Shown here: positions 60,520 through 64,000 of the stretch, piece by piece | How the letters are laid out: each line of letters starts with the position of its first letter | Numbering within the stretch: the first letter of the stretch is position 1 | Assembly (NCBI GenBank): GCA_028534125.1 | Contig: CM052818.1 | Location: 43,898,001-43,962,000, forward strand | Direction: 5' to 3' | Source of the DNA: Lama glama | Taxonomy: Eukaryota | Length of the DNA: 64,000 nucleotides | The notes under the pieces: model-generated | What the model saw: the letters and a program-made list of their open reading frames with translations, nothing else | What the model was told of the DNA's origin: nothing | Database searches by the model: none | Position numbers and translations under genes: made by a program

Positions 60520-61850
60520 TCGTCATTCATTTGTTCATTCGTTCATTCCTTGTCAGTATAACATGCACGGAGCACCTATGGGCCAGACACCGTTCCAGGT
60601 ACAGCAAAGAGCAAAACAAACCAAATTCCCCCCTCCGGAAGGCTTACCTCCTAGTCAGCGGAATAGAGACAGAAAGAGAATAAAGAATACATTGCAGACT
60701 CTGCTCCACGATGACAAAGCCTTAGAGAAACACAGAGCAGGAAAGGGGCGGGGAGTGCAGGGGGAGGGGGGTCTCATTCGGCGATCGGTGGCCACCTCAC
60801 TCAGAAGGTGCCATTTGCGCAGGGACTTGCAGGGGTTAGGGAGCCACCCCACAGCTCCCTGGGGTGATGGCACCCTGGCAGACCGTTTCCTATGTGTCCT
60901 CTAATTGCTTCACGTTGAGTTTTTATGAGGGAAGCAGCATACCTTTACACTTGACGAATTCAGTAATCATTTTCATTCATTTATTGAGCATTTTATGATT
61001 ATTTGCTTTGTTCCGAGCCCTGCCCTGCGTGCTGTGGCTTCAGATGACTGATGCCCCATCCTGGCAATTACTGTGTGATTCACAGTGTCGCTTGGGAGAC
61101 AGGGAGTAAATCCACGAGAGCCCTACTGTATGAGCCTGCAGCTCAGGGGATTACGGCAACCCAGGGAGATGTTCCTAAACCCCAAGGGGGTGAGCAAGAG
61201 AGTCAGGGTCTCAGGCCGAGGGAAGAGGCACAAAGCAGGTGACGGTCAAGTGAGCCTTCACGAAAGAAGGGGACTTTATTAGGAAGATCAAGGAGGAAGG
61301 GCCTTCCAGGTAGAGGACTGTGCCTGTTCAGTGACAAGCCCAGCGGTGTCCTCTGGTGGCTGGAACGAAGGGTGGGAGGGGCTGTGATGGGGGGAAAGTC
61401 TGGCCGGTGTACAGGGCCAGAGCACAGGGGGCTTCACACACCATGCCTGGGGAGCTGGTGGGGATCAAGGAAGGATTTTGAGTAAAAAGTGGGGCATTAT
61501 CATATTTGTTTGTTAGAATGACCCTTTCCAGGGCTATGTATGGGAAGGGCTGCCTGTTAACGGTACCGGATCATAGTTCTGGGGATGAGACCAACCAGCG
61601 ATGTGAAGGATTATGAAGCTTGCCAGGCAGAGGGACTTGAGGGCTGGCGCGGGGTTCTGGACATTGAAAGAAGGTCAATTCCACAGGATTCGATGATCAC
61701 ACAGCTCAGAGCGTGAGGGAGGAGGCCAGGAAGGGTCCCAGGCTTCTGAGACGAGCGACTTGGCGGGGTGATGATGTCACTGGCCAAGACAAGGACTCTG
61801 AGAGATGGTGGGTTCACATTCTGACATGCTGACTTCGAAGTCCACCTGGG
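60520..61850 (-). mobile_element. Two L2 fragments (~60520-60860, ~60965-61850)
   Basis: ttcattcatttattgagca starts; ttccaggtagagg and aaggattttgagt L2 motifs. Confidence 0.55.
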
Positions 61851-64000
61851 ACATCATTTCAACAAGCGGCACCTACTGGAGCCATGCCTGTGCCCATCAG
61901 AAGCAGATGGCCTGGTGGGTCCTATTCCAGGGTGCTGTGAATTTCAGAGGCCCTGGGACCCTCCGCCTTCCAGTCGCATGGAGACCGAGGTGGCTGGTCT
62001 TCCATGTTCAGGGGAAGTGCTCACGGTAACAGCGTGGAGAACATTAGCCATAGGCCAGACACTATTTGGGGAACTTGATAGTAATGTTCACATTGTGACC
62101 TTTAACTACCCTCCAGAGGGTAGGTACCGGTTTATATTGTATTATAATTAATATTTTATATTTTATTGTTTATATTATTTCAATTTTATCAAGGTGGAAA
62201 CCAAGGCTCAGCGAGTTGAGTCAACTGCCCCAAAGTCACCCATCGTCTGGTCGTAGAGTTAGGATGTGAACCCAGACCAGGTAGCAGGGCTTCTTAACGG
62301 CACCCTTTCCATTTAGGGTTCTGTCATGGTTGTCTTGTGCTTTGTTTTGGTTCTTTTGATCACTTTATTTAAAAGAAAGCAAGAGGATGGAAACTTCATT
62401 TAAGTGAAGATAAACTCTTGTTGAGAAAATACTCACTGTAGAAAGAGAGCTTGAAGAAACAGTGTTCTTACATAAAGTGGATTCAGTAACAGGCCTGTGG
62501 ATACATGAAGTCATGCTTTGGGTTTCTTTGAGGCTCCCCAAAACATACATTTATTAATCAACCACCATTTACTGAATATAGCTGGACACTGGAAGTGTGC
62601 TGGGAATAGACCAGTAGACAAGATAAATGCTACCTAAAGAGCTTACCAGTATGGAACTCCCAAAGGGGGCCACTGTATCGGCCCCATAGTGGAGCTCTTT
62701 CTACCGTGTTTTAGAAACTGAAACCTCAAAAGCAACTTGCCTTGATTGTGCCGGGTAACCTAAGATCCTTGTCTGACAGCGCGAGGGTCACCCTCAGAAT
62801 CACATGAGTGTCTGGCAGAAAGACGGGGAAAAGGTGACTAGTGTGGAAAAGAGAAGATGCTCAAATTGACGACCAGTACTGTTATCCGTCTTTAGTGGTC
62901 ACAAGCAAGGGCGTCTTCTTAGAGCAAGGCTGTAAGACTATTGTCACTTCCATTCCAGAGATGAAGACATTGAGGCTCACAGATATAAAGTGATCTGTTG
63001 CTTGGTACAAAAATTTAAAGATTTAAATTTAAGATTTAAATGCAGGTATCCACCTGCAAACCCCTTGCCCTGTCTGGGTACCGAGTTGCCCTCCTGTTTC
63101 AAAACTCTTACTGAGATCACCTCCTTCTGAAATGCTTCCAGAGACCTTCATGGTGGAGGGAGACTTGTGAAAAATGTTTGAAAAGTTTGCTCGGGGAGGT
63201 CACATTTACACATCAGCACCCGTGGTGCCAGCGCCGGCAGCCGGCACAGACGAAGAAGGCTGCCGCGGACCACTTGTCTTCTCCACTGTTGCACAGAGCA
63301 TCATCTTGGGCTTTAGGGTGTTGATTTTTCACTTTCTGGAGAAGACCTGCTGCCTTGCCTTCTGGCAGACAGTCTCTCGATGAGGTGTGTCCTCTTCCAG
63401 GAAGTTCATGCTTCAGTTCAGAAGCAGAGTGCGTGGTGAGATACAGGATGACCCCCACCCTGGGTCGTCACAGCAGGAGCCTGGCTGCCCCTGGAGACCC
63501 CACACCAAGACTGTGGACCTGGCTGGGCTCCCTCTGGCCAGAATCAGTCACGTGATGTGCCGTTTAGACCTAGATCTGGGGGATCCCCTGGACTTGGCAC
63601 CTGTGACCCTGAAACCAAGGGGGTCTACGAGATGGCTTTGGTCCTGTGTCTCTTTTGGCAGAGGCTCACTGTCTGGGGCAACACACCAGGCACCTGTTTT
63701 CTGCTTTTGTACTGCAAGTAAATTCACTTCACCCAGAATTGTGTTCCTGAGGACAAAGGGAAATATGAGCTGTTATTTTTCCTTTAAAAATGGGGATTTT
63801 TTATTGTCTTTTTCTTGCTAGTGTTCACGAATATATATGCTGATATATACCTGGAAATATGCTGAGATGGAAAGGCTGGGAAAGCTGCAAAATTGTGTTT
63901 TATTCCATCACGTGAGCCAGAAAAATCCCTAGGGAAGCACCAAGAGAGTGGTGAGGAGGCACGCTTCATTCAGGGAGAGCCTGATTAGAGCATTTGAAGT

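Overview
Mammalian (eukaryotic) genomic DNA, most likely a camelid: it carries a tRNA-Ala-derived Vic-1-like SINE and artiodactyl-type L1 3' ends. The window holds one complete protein-coding gene, TRIB2 (Tribbles pseudokinase 2), on the minus strand. Its three coding exons (26319-26050, 21174-20882, 5843-5375) join to 1032 nt = 343 aa with canonical GT-AG introns. It has a CpG-island promoter, a ~1.2-1.4 kb 5' leader and a ~2 kb 3' UTR ending at AATAAA 3362-3357. The upstream ~36 kb is gene-poor, with old repeats (MIR, L2, L1, MaLR/ERVL LTRs, MER2, MER96) and a 500-N gap. The most interesting signals are in the TRIB2 leader: three uAUGs that all read M-x-x-C (two are 4-codon uORFs ending TGC-TGA); a weak main AUG followed by a strong out-of-frame AUG; and a GTAAGT donor that could join a 24-codon alternative N-terminus in frame to exon 2. 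Also noted: a MIR3125-like intronic locus, a distal 3' UTR miRNA-site block removable by proximal poly(A) signals, a TCF/LEF motif cluster in intron 1, a twin-primed L1, and a MIR-derived minisatellite that creates octamer motifs. Repeat family names and human comparisons are from recall, not database searches.
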